Assembly (NCBI GenBank): GCA_964016885.1
Contig: OZ024740.1
Location: 30,566,001-30,630,000, forward strand
Direction of reading: 5' to 3'
Length of the DNA: 64,000 nucleotides
From: Eledone cirrhosa
Taxonomy: Eukaryota
Shown here: positions 15,001 to 31,823 of the stretch, in pieces
Numbering within the stretch: position 1 is the stretch's first letter
Layout of the letters: every line of letters starts with the position of its first letter
The notes under the pieces: generated by a model
Seen by the model: only the letters and a program-made list of their open reading frames with translations
Database searches by the model: none
Told to the model about the DNA's origin: nothing
Translations under genes and position numbers: made by a program

Positions 15001-18000
15001 GTGTGTTGACTACTATAGACATTATCACAATAATGTTGTTGACTACTATAGACATTATCACAAAAGTGTTGTTGACTACTATAGACATTATCACAATAGT
15101 GATGTTGACTACTATAGACATTATCACAAAAGTGTTGTTGACTACTATAGGCATTATCACAATAGTGTGTTGACTACTATAGACATTACCAAAATAGTGC
15201 TGTTGACTGCTATAGACATTATCACAATAGTGTTGTTGACTACTATAGACATTATCACAATAGTGTGTTGACTACTATAGACATTATCACAATAGTGTGT
15301 TGACTGCTATAGATATTAGCACAATAGTTTTGTTGACTACTATAGACATTATCACCATAGTGTTGTTGACTACTATAGATATTACCATAATAGTGTTGTT
15401 GACTTCTATAGACATTATCACAATAGTGTGTTGACTACTATAGACATTATCACAATAGTGTTGTTGACTTCTACAGACATTATCACAATATTGTTGTTGA
15501 CAACTCTAGACATTATCACAATAGTGTGTTGACTACTATAGACATTATCACAATAATGTTGTTGACTACTATAGACATTATCACAATTGTGTTGTTGATT
15601 ACTATAGACATTATCACAATAGTATTGTTGACTACTATAGATATTATCACAATAGTGTGTTGACTACTATAGACATTATGACAACAATGTTGTTGACTAC
15701 TATAGACATTATCACAATATTGTTGTTGACTACTATAGACATTATCGTAATAATGTTGTTGACTGCTGTAGACATTATCACAATAGTGTGTTGACTACTA
15801 TAGACATTATCGTAATGATGTTGTTGACTACTATGTACATTATCACAATAGTGTGTTGACTAATATAGACATTATGACCATAGTGTGTTGACTACTATAG
15901 ACATTATCACAAAAGTGTTGTTGACTACTATAGACATCATCACAAAAGTGTTGTTGACTACTATAGACATTATCACAAAAGGGTTGTTGACGACTATAGA
16001 CATTATCATAATAATATTGTTGACTGCTATAGACATTATCACAATAGTGTGTTGACTACTATAGACATTATAACAATAGTGTGTTGACTACTATAGACAT
16101 TTTCATAATAATGTTGTTGACTACTATATACATTATCACAATAGTGTGTTGACTAATATAGACATTATGACCATAGTGTGTTGACTACTATAGACATTAT
16201 CACAAAAGTGTTGTTGACTACTATAGACATTATCACAATAGTGTTGTTGACTACTATAGACATTATCACAATAATGTGTTGACTAATATAGACATTATCA
16301 CGATAATGTTGTTGACTACTATAGACATTATCATAATAGTGATGTTGACTACTATTGACACTATCACAAAAGTGTTGTTGACTACTATAGACATTATCAC
16401 AATAGTGTGTTGACTACTATAGACATTACCAGAATAGTGCTGTTGACTACTATAGACATTATCACAATAGTGTTGTTGACTACTATAGACATTATCACAA
16501 TAGTGTGTTGACTACTATAGACATTATCACAATAATGTTTTGACTACTATAGACATTATCATAATAATCTTGATGACTACTATAGATGTTATCACAACAG
16601 TGTGTTGACTACTATAGAAATTATCACAATAGTGTGTTGACTGCTATAGACATTACCACAATAGTTTTGTTGACTACTATAGACATTATCACAATAGTGT
16701 TGATGACTAGTATAGATATTACCATAATAGTGTTGTTGACTTCTATAGACATTATCACAATAGTGTGTTGACTACTATAGACATTATCACAATAGTGTTG
16801 TTGACTTCTACAGACATTATCACAATATTGTTGTTGACAACTCTAGACATTATCACAATAGTGTGTTGACTACTATAGACATTATCACAATAATTTTGTT
16901 TACTACTATAGACATTATCACAATTGTGTTGTTGATTACTATAGACATTATCACAATAGTATCGTTGACTACTATAGATATTATCACACTAGTATGTTGA
17001 CTACTATAGACATTATGACACCAATGTTGTTGACTACTATAGATATTATCACAATATTGTTGTTGACTACTGTAGACTTTATCGTAATAATGTTGTTGAC
17101 TGCTGTAGACATTATAACAATAGTGTGTTGACTGCTATAGACATTGTCACAATAGTGTGTTGACTACTATAGAGATTATCATAATAATATTGTTGACTAC
17201 TATAGACATTATCTCAATAGTGTGTTGACTACTATAGACATTATTACAAAAGTGTTGTTGACTACTATAGACATTATCACAATAGTGTTGTTGACTACTA
17301 TAGACATTATCACAATAATGTGTTGACTAATATAGACATTAACACAATAATGTTGTTGACTACTATAGACATTATCTGAATAGTGTTGTTGACTACTATA
17401 GACATTATCACAATAGTGTTGTTGACTAATATAGACATTATCACAATAGTGTGTTGACTACTATAGACATTATCACAATAGTGTTGTTGACTACTGTAGA
17501 CATTATCACGATAGTGTTGTAGACTACTATAGACATTATCACAATAATGTGTTGACTGCCAGAGACATTATCACAATAGTGTGTTGACTAATATAAACAT
17601 GATCACAATAGTGTGTTGACTGCTATAGACATTATCACAATAGTGTGTTGACTGCTATAGATATTATCACAATAGTGTTGTTGACTACTATAGACATTAT
17701 TGCAATAGTGTGTTGACTAAAATAGACATTATCACGATAATGTTGTTGACTACTATAGACATTATCATAATAGTGATGTTGACTACTATAGACATCATCA
17801 CAAAAGTGTTTTTGACTACTATAAACATGATCACGATAGTGTGTTTACTGCTATAGACATTATCACGATAGTGTGTTGACTGCTATAGATATTATCACAA
17901 TAGTGTTGCTGACTACTATAGACATTATCACAATACTGTGTTGACTACTATAGATATTATCATAATAATGTGTTGACTGCTATAGACATTATCACAATAG

Positions 18001-18240
18001 TGTTGTTGACTACTATAGACATTATCACAATAGTGTGTTGACTACTATAGACATTATAACAATAATATTTTTGACTACTATAGACATTATGACAATAATG
18101 TTGTTGACTACTATAGACATTATCGCAATAGTGTGTTGACTACTATAGACATTATCACAATAGTGTTGTTGACTAATATAGACATTATCACAATAATGTG
18201 TTGACAACTATAGACATTATCACAATAGTGTTGTTGACTA

Positions 18241-18300
<60 letters not shown>

Positions 18301-18391
18301 CATATCCAACATAATACGTCATTATATTGAGCAAAGAGAACAATTACACGCAAAAACAAAACCACGTAAATGGTATAACTGAAGGCGTAGA
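18241..18391. repeat. Satellite-interrupting cassette copy 1: TCTG(TA)n plus ~90 bp unique sequence ending TGGTATAACTGAAGGCGTAGA
   Basis: Sits between GACTA and CTATAGAC of a monomer; the same sequence occurs at six other full-length sites. Confidence 0.9.
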
Positions 18392-20472
18392 CTATAGACA
18401 TTATCAGCATAGTGTGTTGACTACTATAGACATTATCACCATTGTGTGTTGACTACAATAGACATTATCACAATAGTGTTGTTGACTACTATAGACATTA
18501 TCACAATAATGTGTTGGCTGCTATAGACATGATTACAATAGTGTGTTGACTGCTATAGATATTATCACAATAGTGTTGTTGACTACTATAGACATTATCA
18601 CAATAGTGTGTTTACTACTATAGACATTAACACAATAGTGTGTTGACTACTATAGACATTATCATAATAATGTTGTTGACTACTATAGACATTATCACAA
18701 TAGTGTGTTGACTACTATATACATTATTAGAATAGTGTTGTTGACTACTATAGATATTATCATAATAGTGTTGTTGACTAATATAGACATTATCACAATA
18801 GTGTGTTGACTGCTATAGACATTATCAGAATAATATTGTTGACTACTATAGACATTATCACAATAGTGTTGTTGAATACTATAGATATTATCATAATAGT
18901 GTTGTTGACTACTATAGACATTATCACAATAGTGTGTTGACTACTATAGACATTATAACAATAATGTTTTTGACTACTATAGACATTATGACATTTATGT
19001 TGTTGACTACTATAGACATTATCATAATAATGTTGTTGACTGCTATAGACATTATCACAATAGTGTGTTGACTACTATAGACATTATCACCATAGTGTGT
19101 TGACTACAATAGACATTATCACAATAGTGTTGTTGACTACTATAGACATTATCAGCATAGTGTGTTGACTACTATAGATATTATCACCATTGTGTGTTGA
19201 CTACAATAGACATTATCACAATAGTGTTGTTGACTACTATAGACATTATCACAATAGTGTGTTGACTAATATAGACATTATCACCATAGTGTGTTGACGA
19301 CTACAGACATTATCACAATAATGTGTTGACTGCTATAGACATTATCACAATAGTGTTGTTGACTACTATAGACATTATCACAATAGTGTGTTGACTACTA
19401 TTGACATTATCACAATAATGTTTTGACTACTATAGACATTATCATAATAATCTTGATGACTACTATAGAAATTATCACAATAGTGTGTTGACTGCTATAG
19501 ACATTACCACAATAGTTTTGTTGACTACTATAGACATTATCACAATAGTGTTGTTGACTACTATAGGTATTACCATAATAGTGTTGTTGACTTCTATAGA
19601 CATTATCACAATAGTGTGTTGACTACTATAGACATTATCACAATAATGTTGTTGACTTCTACAGACGTTATCACAATATTGTTGTTGACAACTCTAGACA
19701 TTATCACAATAGTGTGTTTACTACTATAGACATTATCACAATAATGTTGTTGACTACTATAGACATTATCACAATTGTGTTGTTGATTACTATAGACATT
19801 ATCACAATAGTATTGTTGACTACTATAGATATTATCACAATATTGTTTTGACTACTATAGACATTATGACAACAATGTTGTTGACTACTATAGACATTAT
19901 CACAATATTCTTGTTGACTACTGTAGACATTATCGTAATAATGTTGTTGACTGCTGTAGACATTATAACAATAGTGTGTTGACTGCTATAGACATTGTCA
20001 CAATAGTGTGTTGACTACTATAGAGATTATCATAATAATATTGTTGACTACTTTAGACATTATCTCAATAGTGTGTTGACTAATATAGACATTAACACAA
20101 TAGTCTTGTTGACTACTATAGACATTATCACAATAGTGTTGTTGACTACTATAGACATTATCACAATAGTGTGTTGACTACTATAGACATTATCACGATA
20201 GTGTTGTAGACTACTATAGACATTATCACAATAATGTGTTGACTGCCAGAGACATTATCACAATAGTGTGTTGACTAATATAAACATGATCACGATAGTG
20301 TGTTGACTGCTATAGATATTATCACAATAGTGTGTTGACTGCTATAGATATTATCACAATAGTGTTGTAGACTAATATAGACATTATCACAATAGTGTTG
20401 TTGACTAATATAGACATTATCACAATAATGTGTTGACAACTATAGACATTATCACAATAGTGTTGTTGACTA

Positions 20473-20542
<70 letters not shown>

Positions 20543-20633
20543 CATATCCAAGATAATACGTCATTATATGGAGCAGAGAGAACAATTACACGCAAAGACA
20601 AAACCACGTAAATGGTATAACTGAAGTCGTAGT
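20473..20633. repeat. Satellite-interrupting cassette copy 2
   Basis: Same cassette at the same monomer position, with a few substitutions. Confidence 0.9.
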
Positions 20634-21735
20634 CTATAGACATTATCAGCATAGTGTGTTGACTACTATAGACATTATCACCATAGTGTGTTGACTACAA
20701 TAGACATTATCACAATAGTGTCGTTGACTACTATAGACATTATCGGCATAGTGTGTTGACTACTATAGACATTATCACCATTGTGTGTTGACTACAATAG
20801 ACATTATCACAATAGTGTTGTTGACTACTATAGATATTATCACAATAATGTGTTGACTGCTATAGACATGATCACAATAGTGTGTTGACTGCTATAGATA
20901 TTATCACAATAGTGTTGTTGACTACTATAGACATTATCACAATAGTGTGTTTACTACTATAGACATTATAACAATAATGTTTTTGACTACTATAGACATT
21001 ATGACATTAATGTGGTTGACTACTATAGACATTATCATAATAATGTTGTTGACTGCTATAGACATTATCACAATAGTGTGTTGACTACTATAGACATTAT
21101 CACCATAGTGTGTTGACGACTACAGACATTATCACAATAATGTGTTGACTGCTATAGACATCATCACAATAGTGTGTTGACTAATATAGACATGACCACA
21201 ATAGTGTGTTGACTGCTATAGATATTATCACAATAGTGTTGTTGACTACTATAGACATTATCACAATAGTGTGTTGATTACTATAGACATTATCATAATA
21301 ATGTTGTTGACTACTATAGACATAATCACAATAGTGTGTTGACTACTATAAAAATTATCATAATAGTGTGTTGACTGCTATAAATATTATCACAATAGTG
21401 TTGTTGACTTCTATAGACATTATCACAATAGTGTGTTGACTACTATAGAATTTATCACAATAGTGTGTTGACTACTATAGATATTATCATAATAGTGTTG
21501 TTGACTACTATAGACATTATCACGATAGTGTGTTGACTACTATAGACATTATCACAATAGTGTTGTTGACTACTATAGACATTATCAAAATAGTGTTGTT
21601 GACTACAATAGACATTATCACAATAGGGTGTTGACTACTATAGACCCTGTCACAATAGTGCTGTTGATTACTATAGACATTATCACAATAATGTGTTGAC
21701 TACTATAGACATTATCACAATAGTGTTGTTGACTA

Positions 21736-21774
<39 letters not shown>

Positions 21775-21860
21775 CCAAGATAATACGTCATTATATGGAG
21801 CAAAGAGAACAATTACAAGCAAAGACAAAACCACGTAAATGGTATAACTGAAGGCGTAGA
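21736..21860. repeat. Satellite-interrupting cassette copy 3
   Basis: Same cassette with a shorter (TA)n tract. Confidence 0.9.
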
Positions 21861-24403
21861 CTATAGACATTATCAGCATAGTGTATTAACTACTATAGAC
21901 ATTATCACCATAGTGTTGTTGACTACTATAGACATTATCACAATAGTGTTTTGACTACTATAGAAATTATCACAATAGTGTGTTGACTACTATAGACATT
22001 ATCACAATAGTGCTGTTGACTACTATAGACATTATCACAATAGTGTTGTTGACTACTATAGACATTATCACAATAGTGTGTTGACTACTATAGACATTAT
22101 CACAATAGTGTGTTGACTACTATAGACATTATCACAATAGTGTTGTTGACTACTATAGACATTATCACCATAGTGTTGTTGACTACTATAGACATTATCG
22201 CAATAATGTATTGACTGCTATAGACGTTATCACAATAGTGTGTTGACTAATATAGAAATGATCACAATAGTGTGTTGACTGCTATAGATATTATCACAAT
22301 AGTGTTTTTGACTACTATAGACATAATCACAATAGTGTGTTGACTGCTATAGATATTATCACAATAGTGTTGTTGACTACTATAGACATTATCACAATAG
22401 TGTGTTGACTACCATATACATTATCACAATAGTGTGTTGACTACTATAGACATTATCATAATAATGTTGTTGACTACTATAGACATTATCACAATAGTGT
22501 GTTGACTACTATAAACATTATCACAATAGTGTTGTTGACTACTATAGACATTATCACAATAGTGATCTTGACAACTATAGACATTATCACAATAGTGTGT
22601 TGACTACTATAGACATTATCACTATAATGTTGTTGACTACTATAGACGTTATCACAATAGTATTATTGACTACTATAGACATTATAAAAATAGTGTTGTT
22701 GACTACTATAGATATTATCACAATAGTGTGTTGACTACTATAGACATTATAACAACAATGTTGTTGACTACTATAGACATTATCACAATAATGTTGTTGA
22801 CTACTATAGACATTATCATAATAATGTTGTTGACTGCTCTAGACATTTTCACCATAGTGTGTTGACTACTATAGACATTATCACAAAAGTGTTGTTGACT
22901 ACTATAGACATTATCACAATAGTGTTGTTGACTACTATAGACATTATCACAATAATGTGTTGGCTAATATCGACATTATCACAATAATGTTGTTGACTAC
23001 TATAGACATTATCAGAATAGTGTTGTTGACTACTATAGACATTATCACAATAGTGTTGTTGACTACTATAGACATTATCAGAATAGTGTGTTGACTACTA
23101 TAGACATTATCACAATAGTGTTGTTGACTACTATAGACATTATCAGAATAGTGTGTTGACTACTATAGACATTATCACAATAGTGTTTTCAGTACTATAG
23201 ACATTATCATAATAATGTTGTTGACTACTATAGACATTATCACAATAGTGTGTTGACTACTATAGACATTATCACAATAGTGTGTTGACTACTATAGAGA
23301 TTATCATAATAATGTTTTTGACTACTATATACATCATCACAAAAGTGTTGTTTACTACTATAGACATTATCACAATAATGTGTTGACTAATATAGACATT
23401 ATCACAATAATGTTGTTGACTACTATAGACATTATCACAATAGTGTGTTGACTACTATAGACATTATCAATATAATGTTGTTGACTACTATAGACATTAT
23501 CACAATAGTATTGTTGACTACTATAGACATTATAAAAATAGTGTTGTTGACTACTATAGATATTATCACAATAGTGTGTTGACTACTATAGACATTATAA
23601 CAACAATGTTGTTGACTACTATAGACATTATCACAATAATGTTGTTGACTACTATAGACATTATCATAATAATGTTGTTGACTGCTCTAGATATTTTCAC
23701 CATAGTGTGTTGACTACTATAGACATTATCACAAAAGTGTTGTTGACTACTATAGACATTATCACAATAGTGTTGTTGACTACTATAGACATTATCACAA
23801 TAATGTGTTGGCTAATATAGACATTATCACAATAATGTCGTTGACTACTATAGACATTATCAGAATAGTGTTGTTGACTACTATAGACATTATCATAATA
23901 ATGTTGTTGACTACTATAGATATTATCACAATAGTGTGTTGACTACTATAGACATTATCACAATAGTGTGTTGACTAATATAGACACGATCACAATAGTG
24001 TGTTGACTGCTATAGATATTATCAAAATAGTGTTGTTGACTACTATAGACATTATCATAATAATGTTGTTGACTACTATAGACATTATCACAATAATGTT
24101 GTTGACTACTATAGACATTATCACAATAGTGTTGTTGACTACTATAGATATTATCATAATAGTGTTGTTGACTACTATAGACATTATCACAATAGTGTTG
24201 TTGACTACTATAGACATTATCACAATAGTGTTGTTGACTACTATAGACATTATCAAAATAGTGTTGTTGACTACAATAGACATTATCACAATAGGGTGTT
24301 GACTACTATAGACCCTGTCACAATAGTGCTCTTGACTACTATAGACATTATCACAATAATGTGTTGACTACTATAGACATTATCACAATAGTGTTGTTGA
24401 CTA

Positions 24404-24408
24404 TCTGT

Positions 24409-24445
<37 letters not shown>

Positions 24446-24536
24446 CATATCGAAGATAATACGTCATTATATGGAGCAAAGCGAACAATTACAAGCAAAG
24501 ACAAAACCACGTAAATGGTATAACTGAAGGCGTAGA
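24404..24536. repeat. Satellite-interrupting cassette copy 4
   Basis: Same cassette; flanking variants (ATAGGGTGTT, GACCCTGTCAC, GTATTAACT) are shared with copy 3. Confidence 0.9.
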
Positions 24537-27500
24537 CTATAGACATTATCAGCATAGTGTATTAACTACTATAGACATTATCACCATAGTGTTGTTGAAT
24601 ACTATAGACATTATCACAATAGTGTTTTGACTACTATAGAAATTATCACAATAGTGTGTTGACTACTATAGACATTATCACAATAGTGTTGTTGACTACT
24701 ATGGACATTATCACAATAGTGTTGTTGACTACTATAGACATTATCACAATAGTGTGTTGACTACTATAGACATTATCACAATAGTGTGTTGACTACTATA
24801 GACATTATCACAATAGTGTTGTTGACTACTATAGACATTATCACAATAGTGTTGTTGACTACTATAGACATTATCACCACAGTGTTGTTGACTACTATAG
24901 ACATTATCGCAATAATGTATTGACTGCTATAGACGTTATCACAATAGTGTGTTGACTAATATAGAAATGATCACAATAGTGTGTTGACTGCTATAGATAT
25001 TATCACAATAGTGTTTTTGACTACTATAGACATTATCACGATAGTGTGTTGACTGCTATAGATATTATCACAATAGTGTTGTTGACTACTATAGACATTA
25101 TCACAATAGTGTGTTGACTACTATAGACATTATCATAATAATGTTGTTGACTACTATAGACATTATCACAATAGTGTGTTGACTACTATAAACATTATCA
25201 CAATAGTGTTGTTGACTACTATAGACATTATCACAATAGTATTATTGACTACTATAGACATTATAAAAATAGTGTTGTTGACTACTATAGATATTATCAC
25301 AATAGTGTGTTGCCTACTATAGACATTATAACAACAATGTTGTTGACTACTATAGACATTATCACAATAATGTTGTTGACTACTATAGACATTATCATAA
25401 TAATGTTGTTGACTGCTCTAGACATTTTCACCATAGTGTGTTGACTACTATAGACATTATCACAAAAGTGTTGTTGACTACTATAGACATTATCACAATA
25501 GTGTTGTTGACTAATATAGACATTATCACAATAATGTGTTGGCTAATATAGACATTATCACAATAATGTTGTTGACTACTATAGACATTATCAGAATAGT
25601 GTTGTTGACTACTATAGACATTATCACAATAGTGTGTTGACTACTATAGACATTATCACAATAGTGTTGTTGACTAGTATAGACATTATCACAATAGTGT
25701 TGTTGACTACTATAGACATTATCACAATAGTGTGTTGACTACTATAGACATTATCACAATAGTGTGTTGAATACTATAGACATTATCACAATAGTGTTGT
25801 TGACTACTATAGACATTATCACCGTAGTGTTGTTGACTACTATAGACATTATCGCAATAATGTATTGACTGCTATAGACGTTATCACAATAGTGTGTTGA
25901 CTAATATAGAAATGATCACGATAGTGTGTTGACTGCTATAGATATTATCACAATAGTGTTGTTGACTACTATAGACATTATCACAATAGTGTGTTGACTA
26001 CTATAGACATTATCACAATAGTGTGTTGAATACTATAGACATTATCACAATAGTGTTGTTGACTACTATAGACATTATCACCATAGTATTGTTGACTACT
26101 ATAGACATTATCGCAATAATGTATTGACTGCTATAGACGTTATCACAATAGTGTGTTGACTAATATAGAAATGATCACGATAGTGTGTTGATTGCTATAG
26201 ATATTATCACAATAGTGTTGTTGACTACTATAGACATTATCACGATAGTGTGTTGACTACTATAAACATTATCACAATAGTGTTGTTGACTACTATAGAC
26301 ATTATCACAATAGTGATGTTGACAACCATAGACATTATCACAATAGTGTGTTGACTACTATAGACATTATCACTATAATGTTGTTGACTACTATAGACAT
26401 TATCAAAATAATGTTGTTGTCTGCTCTAGACATTTTCACCATAGTGTGTTGACTACTATAGACATTATCACAAAAGTGTTGTTCACTACTATAGACATTA
26501 TCACAATAGTGTTGTTGACTACTATAGACATTATAACAATAATGTGTTGGCTAATATAGACATTATCACAATAATGTTGTTGACTACTATAGACATTATC
26601 AGAATAGTGTGTTGACTACTATATACATTATCAAAATAGTGTTTTGACTACTATAGACATTATCATAATAATGTTGTTGACTACTATAGACATTATCACA
26701 ATAGTGTGTTGACTACTATAGACATTATCACAATAGTGTGTTGACTACTATAGAGATTATCATAATAATTTTGTTAACTACTATAGACATTATCACAATA
26801 ATGTGTTGACTAATATAGACATTATAACAATAATGTTGTTGACTACTATAGACATTATCAGAATAGTGTTGTTGACTACTATAGACATTATCACAATAGT
26901 TTTGTTGACTACTATAGACATTATCACAATAGTGTGTTGACTACTATAGACATTATCACAATAGTGTTGTTGACTACTATAGACATTATCACAATAACGT
27001 ATTGACTGCTATAGACATTATCACAATAGTGTGTTGTCTACTATAGACATTATCACAATAGTGTGTTGACTGCTATAGATATTATCACAATAGTGTCGTT
27101 GACTACTATAGACATTATCACAATAGTGTGTTGACTGCTATAGATATTATCACAATAGCGTTGTTGACCACTATAGACATTATCACAATAGTGTGTTGAC
27201 TACTATAGACATTATCACAATAGAGTGTTGACTACTATAGACATTATCATAATAATGTTGTTGACTACTATAGACATTATCACAATAGTGTTGTTGACTA
27301 CAATACACATTATCATAACAGTGTGTTGACTACTATAGACCCTGTCACAATAGTGCTGTTGACTACTATAGACATTATCACAATAATGTTTTGACTACTA
27401 TAGACATTATCACAATAGTGTTGTTGACTACTATAGACATTATCACAATAATGTGTTGACTGCTATAGATATTATCACAATAGTGTTGTTGACTACTACA

Positions 27501-30500
27501 GACATTATCAAAATAGTGTGTTGACTGCTATAGATATTATCACAATAGTGTTGTTGACTACTATATACATTATCACAATAGTGTGTTGACTACTATATAC
27601 ATTATCCCAATAGAGTGTTGACTACTATAGACATTATCATAATAATGTTGTTGACTACTATAGACATTATCACAATAGTGTTGTTGACTACAATACACAT
27701 TATCATAACAGTGTGTTGACTACTATAGACCCTGTCACAATAGTGCTGTTGACTACTATAGACATTATCACAATAATGTTTTGACTACTATAGACATTAT
27801 CACAATAGTGTTGTTGACAACTCTAGACATTATCACAATAGTGTGTTGACTACTATAGACATTATCACAATAATGTTGTTGATTACTATAGACATTATCA
27901 TAATAATGTTGTTGACTGCTACAGACATTATCACAATAGTGTGTTGACTACTATAGACATTATCACAATAGTGTGTTGACTACTATAGACATTATCACAA
28001 TAGAGTTGTTGACTACTATAGACATTATCACAATAGTGTTGTTGACTACTATAGATATTATCATAATAGTGTTGTTGACTTCTATAGACATTATCACAAT
28101 AGTGTGTTGACTACTATAGACATTATCACAATAGTGTGTTGACATCTATAGATATTATCACAATAGTGTTGCTGACTACTATAGACATTATCACTATAGT
28201 GTGTTGACTACTATAGACATTATCACAATAGTGTTGTTGACTACTATAGACATTATCACAATAATGTTGTTGACTGCTATAGACATTATCACAATAGTGT
28301 GTTGACTACTATAGACATTATCACAAGAGTGTGTTGACTACTATAGACATTATAACAATAATGTTTTTGACTACTATAGACATTATGACAATAATGTTGT
28401 TGACTACTATAGACATTATCACAATAGTGTGTTGACTACTATAGACATTATAACAATAGTGTTGTTGACTATTATAGACATTATCACAATAGTGTTGTTG
28501 ACTACTATAGACATTATCACAATAGTGTGGTGACTACTATAGACATTATAACAATAATGTTTTTGACTACTATAGACATTATGACAATAATGTTGTTGAC
28601 TGCTTTAGACATTATCACAATAATGTTTTGACTACTATAGACATTATCACAATAGTGTTGTTGACTACTATAGACATTATCACAATAATGTGTTGACTAA
28701 TATAGACATTATCACAATAGTGTTGTTGACTACTATAGACATTATCTCAATAGTGTGTTGACAACTATAGACATTATCACAATAGTGTTGTTGACTACTA
28801 TAGACATTATCACAATAGTGTGTTGACAACTATAGACATTATCACAATAGTGTTGTTGACTACTATAGACTTTATCACAATAATGTGTTGACTAATATAG
28901 ACATTATCACAAAAGTGTTGTTGACTACTATAGACATTATCACAATAGTGTTGTTGACTACTATAGACATTATCACAATAATGTGTTGACTAATATAGAC
29001 ATTATCACAATAATGTTGTTGACTACTATAGACATTATCAGAATAGTGTTGTTGACTACTATAGACATTATCACAATAGTGTTGTTGACTACTATAGATA
29101 TTATCACAATAGTGTGTTGACTACTATAGACATTATCACAATAGTGTTGTTGACTACTATAGACATTATCACCATAGTGTTGTTGACTACTATAGACATT
29201 ATCGCAATATTGTTTTGACTGCTATAGACGTTATCACAATAGTGTGTTGACTAATATAGAAATGATCACAATAGTGTGTTGACTGCTACAGATATTATCA
29301 CAATAGTGTTGTTGACTACTATAGACATTATCACAATAGTGTGTTCACTGCTATAGATATTATCACACTAGTGTTGTTGACTACTATAGATATTATCACA
29401 ATAGTGTGTTGACTACCATAGACATTATCACAATAGTGTGTTGACTACTATAGACATTATCGCAATAGTGTGTTGACTACTATAGACATTATCGCAATAG
29501 TGTGTTGACTAATATAGACGTTATCACAATAGTGTTGTTGACTACTATAGACATTATCACAATAGTGTGTAGACTACTATAGACATTATCACAATAGTGT
29601 TGTTGACTACTATAGACATTATCGCAATAGTGTGTTGACTAATATAGACATTATGACCATAGTGTGTTTACTACTATAGACATTATCATAATAATGTTGT
29701 TGTCTGCTATAGCCATTATCACAATAGAGTGTTGACTACTATAAACATTATCACAAGAGTATGTTGACTACTATAGACATTATCACAGTAGTGTTGTTGA
29801 CTACTATAGACATTATCACAATAGTGTTGTTGACTACTATAGACATTATCACAATAGTGTTGTTGACTACTATAGACATTATCACAATAATGTGTTGACT
29901 GCTATAGATATTATCACAATAGTGTTGTTGACTACTATAGACATTATCACAATAATGTTTTGACTACTATAGACATTATCACAATAGTGTTGTTGACTAC
30001 TATAGACATTATAAAAATAGTATTGTTGACTACTATAAATATTATCACAATAGTGTGTTGACTACTATAGAAATTATAACAACAATGTTGTTGACTACTA
30101 TAGATATTATCACAATAATGTTGTTGTCTACTATAGACATTATCATGATAATGTTGTTGACTGCTACAGACATTATCACAATAGTGTGTTGAATACTATA
30201 GACATTATCACAATTGTGTGTTGACTACTATAGACATTATCACAATAGAGTTGTTGACTACTATAGACATTATCACAATAGTGTTGTTGACTACTATAGA
30301 CATTATCACAATAGTGTGTTGACTACTATAGACATTATAACAATAATGTTTTTGACTACTATAGACATTATGACAATAATGTTGTTGACTACTATAGACA
30401 TTCTCATAATAATGTTGTTGACTGCTATAGACATTATCACAATAGTGTGTTGACTACTATAGACATTATCACAATAGTGTGTTGACTACTATAGAGATTA

Positions 30501-31662
30501 TCATAATAATGTTGTTGACTACTATAGACATTATCACAATAGTGTGTTGACTACTATAGACATTATCATAATAATGTTGTTGACTGCTATAGACATTATC
30601 ACGATAGTGTGTTGATGACTATAGACATTATCACCATAGTGTGTTGACTACTATAGACATCATCACAAAAGTGGTGTTGACTACTATAGACATTATCACG
30701 ATAGTGTTGTTGACTACTATAGACATTATCGCAATAATGTGTTGACTAATATAGACATTATCACAATAATGTGTTGACTACTATAGACATTATCACAATA
30801 ATGTTGTTGACTACTATATACATTATCACCATAGTGTGTTGACTAATATAGACATCATCACAAAAGTGGTGTTGACTACTATAGACATTATAACAACAAT
30901 GTTGTTGACTACTATAGATATTATCACAATAATGTTGTTGACTACTATAGACATTATCATAATAATGTTGTTGACTGCTCTAGACATTTTCACCATAGTG
31001 TGTTGACTACTATAGACATTATCACAAAAGTGTTGTTGACTACTATAGACATTATCACAATAGTGTTGTTGACTACTATAGACATTATCACAATAATGTG
31101 TTGGCTAATATAGACATTATCACAATAATGTTGTTGACTACTATAGACATTATCAGAATAGTGTTGTTGACTACTATAGACATTATCACAATAGTGTTGT
31201 TGACTACTATAGACATTATCAGAATAGTGTGTTGACTACTATAGACATTATCACAATAGTGTTTTCACTACTATAGACATTATCATAATAATGTTGTTGA
31301 CTACTATAGACATTATCACAATAGTGTGTTGACTACTATAGATATTATCACAATAGTGTGTTGACTACTATAGAGATTATAATAATAATGTTGTTGACTA
31401 CTATAGACATCATCACAAAAGTGTTGTTTACTACTATAGACATTATCACAATAGTGTTGTTGACTACTATAGACATTATCACAATAATGTGTTGACTAAT
31501 ATAGACATTATCACAATAATGTTGTTGACTACTATAGACATTATCAGAATAGTGTTGTTGACTACTATAGACATTATCACAATAGTGTTGTTGACTACTA
31601 TAGACATTATCACAATAGTGTGTTGACTACTATAGACATTATCACAATAGTGTTGTTGACTA

Positions 31663-31664
31663 TC

Positions 31665-31737
<73 letters not shown>

Positions 31738-31823
31738 CCAAGATAATACGTCATTATAGGGAGGAAGGAGAACAATTACAAGCAAAGACAAAACCACGTA
31801 AATGGTATAACTGAAGGCGTAGA
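31663..31823. repeat. Satellite-interrupting cassette copy 5
   Basis: Cassette variant TCTGAATA...ATTATAGGGAGGAAGGAG. Confidence 0.9.
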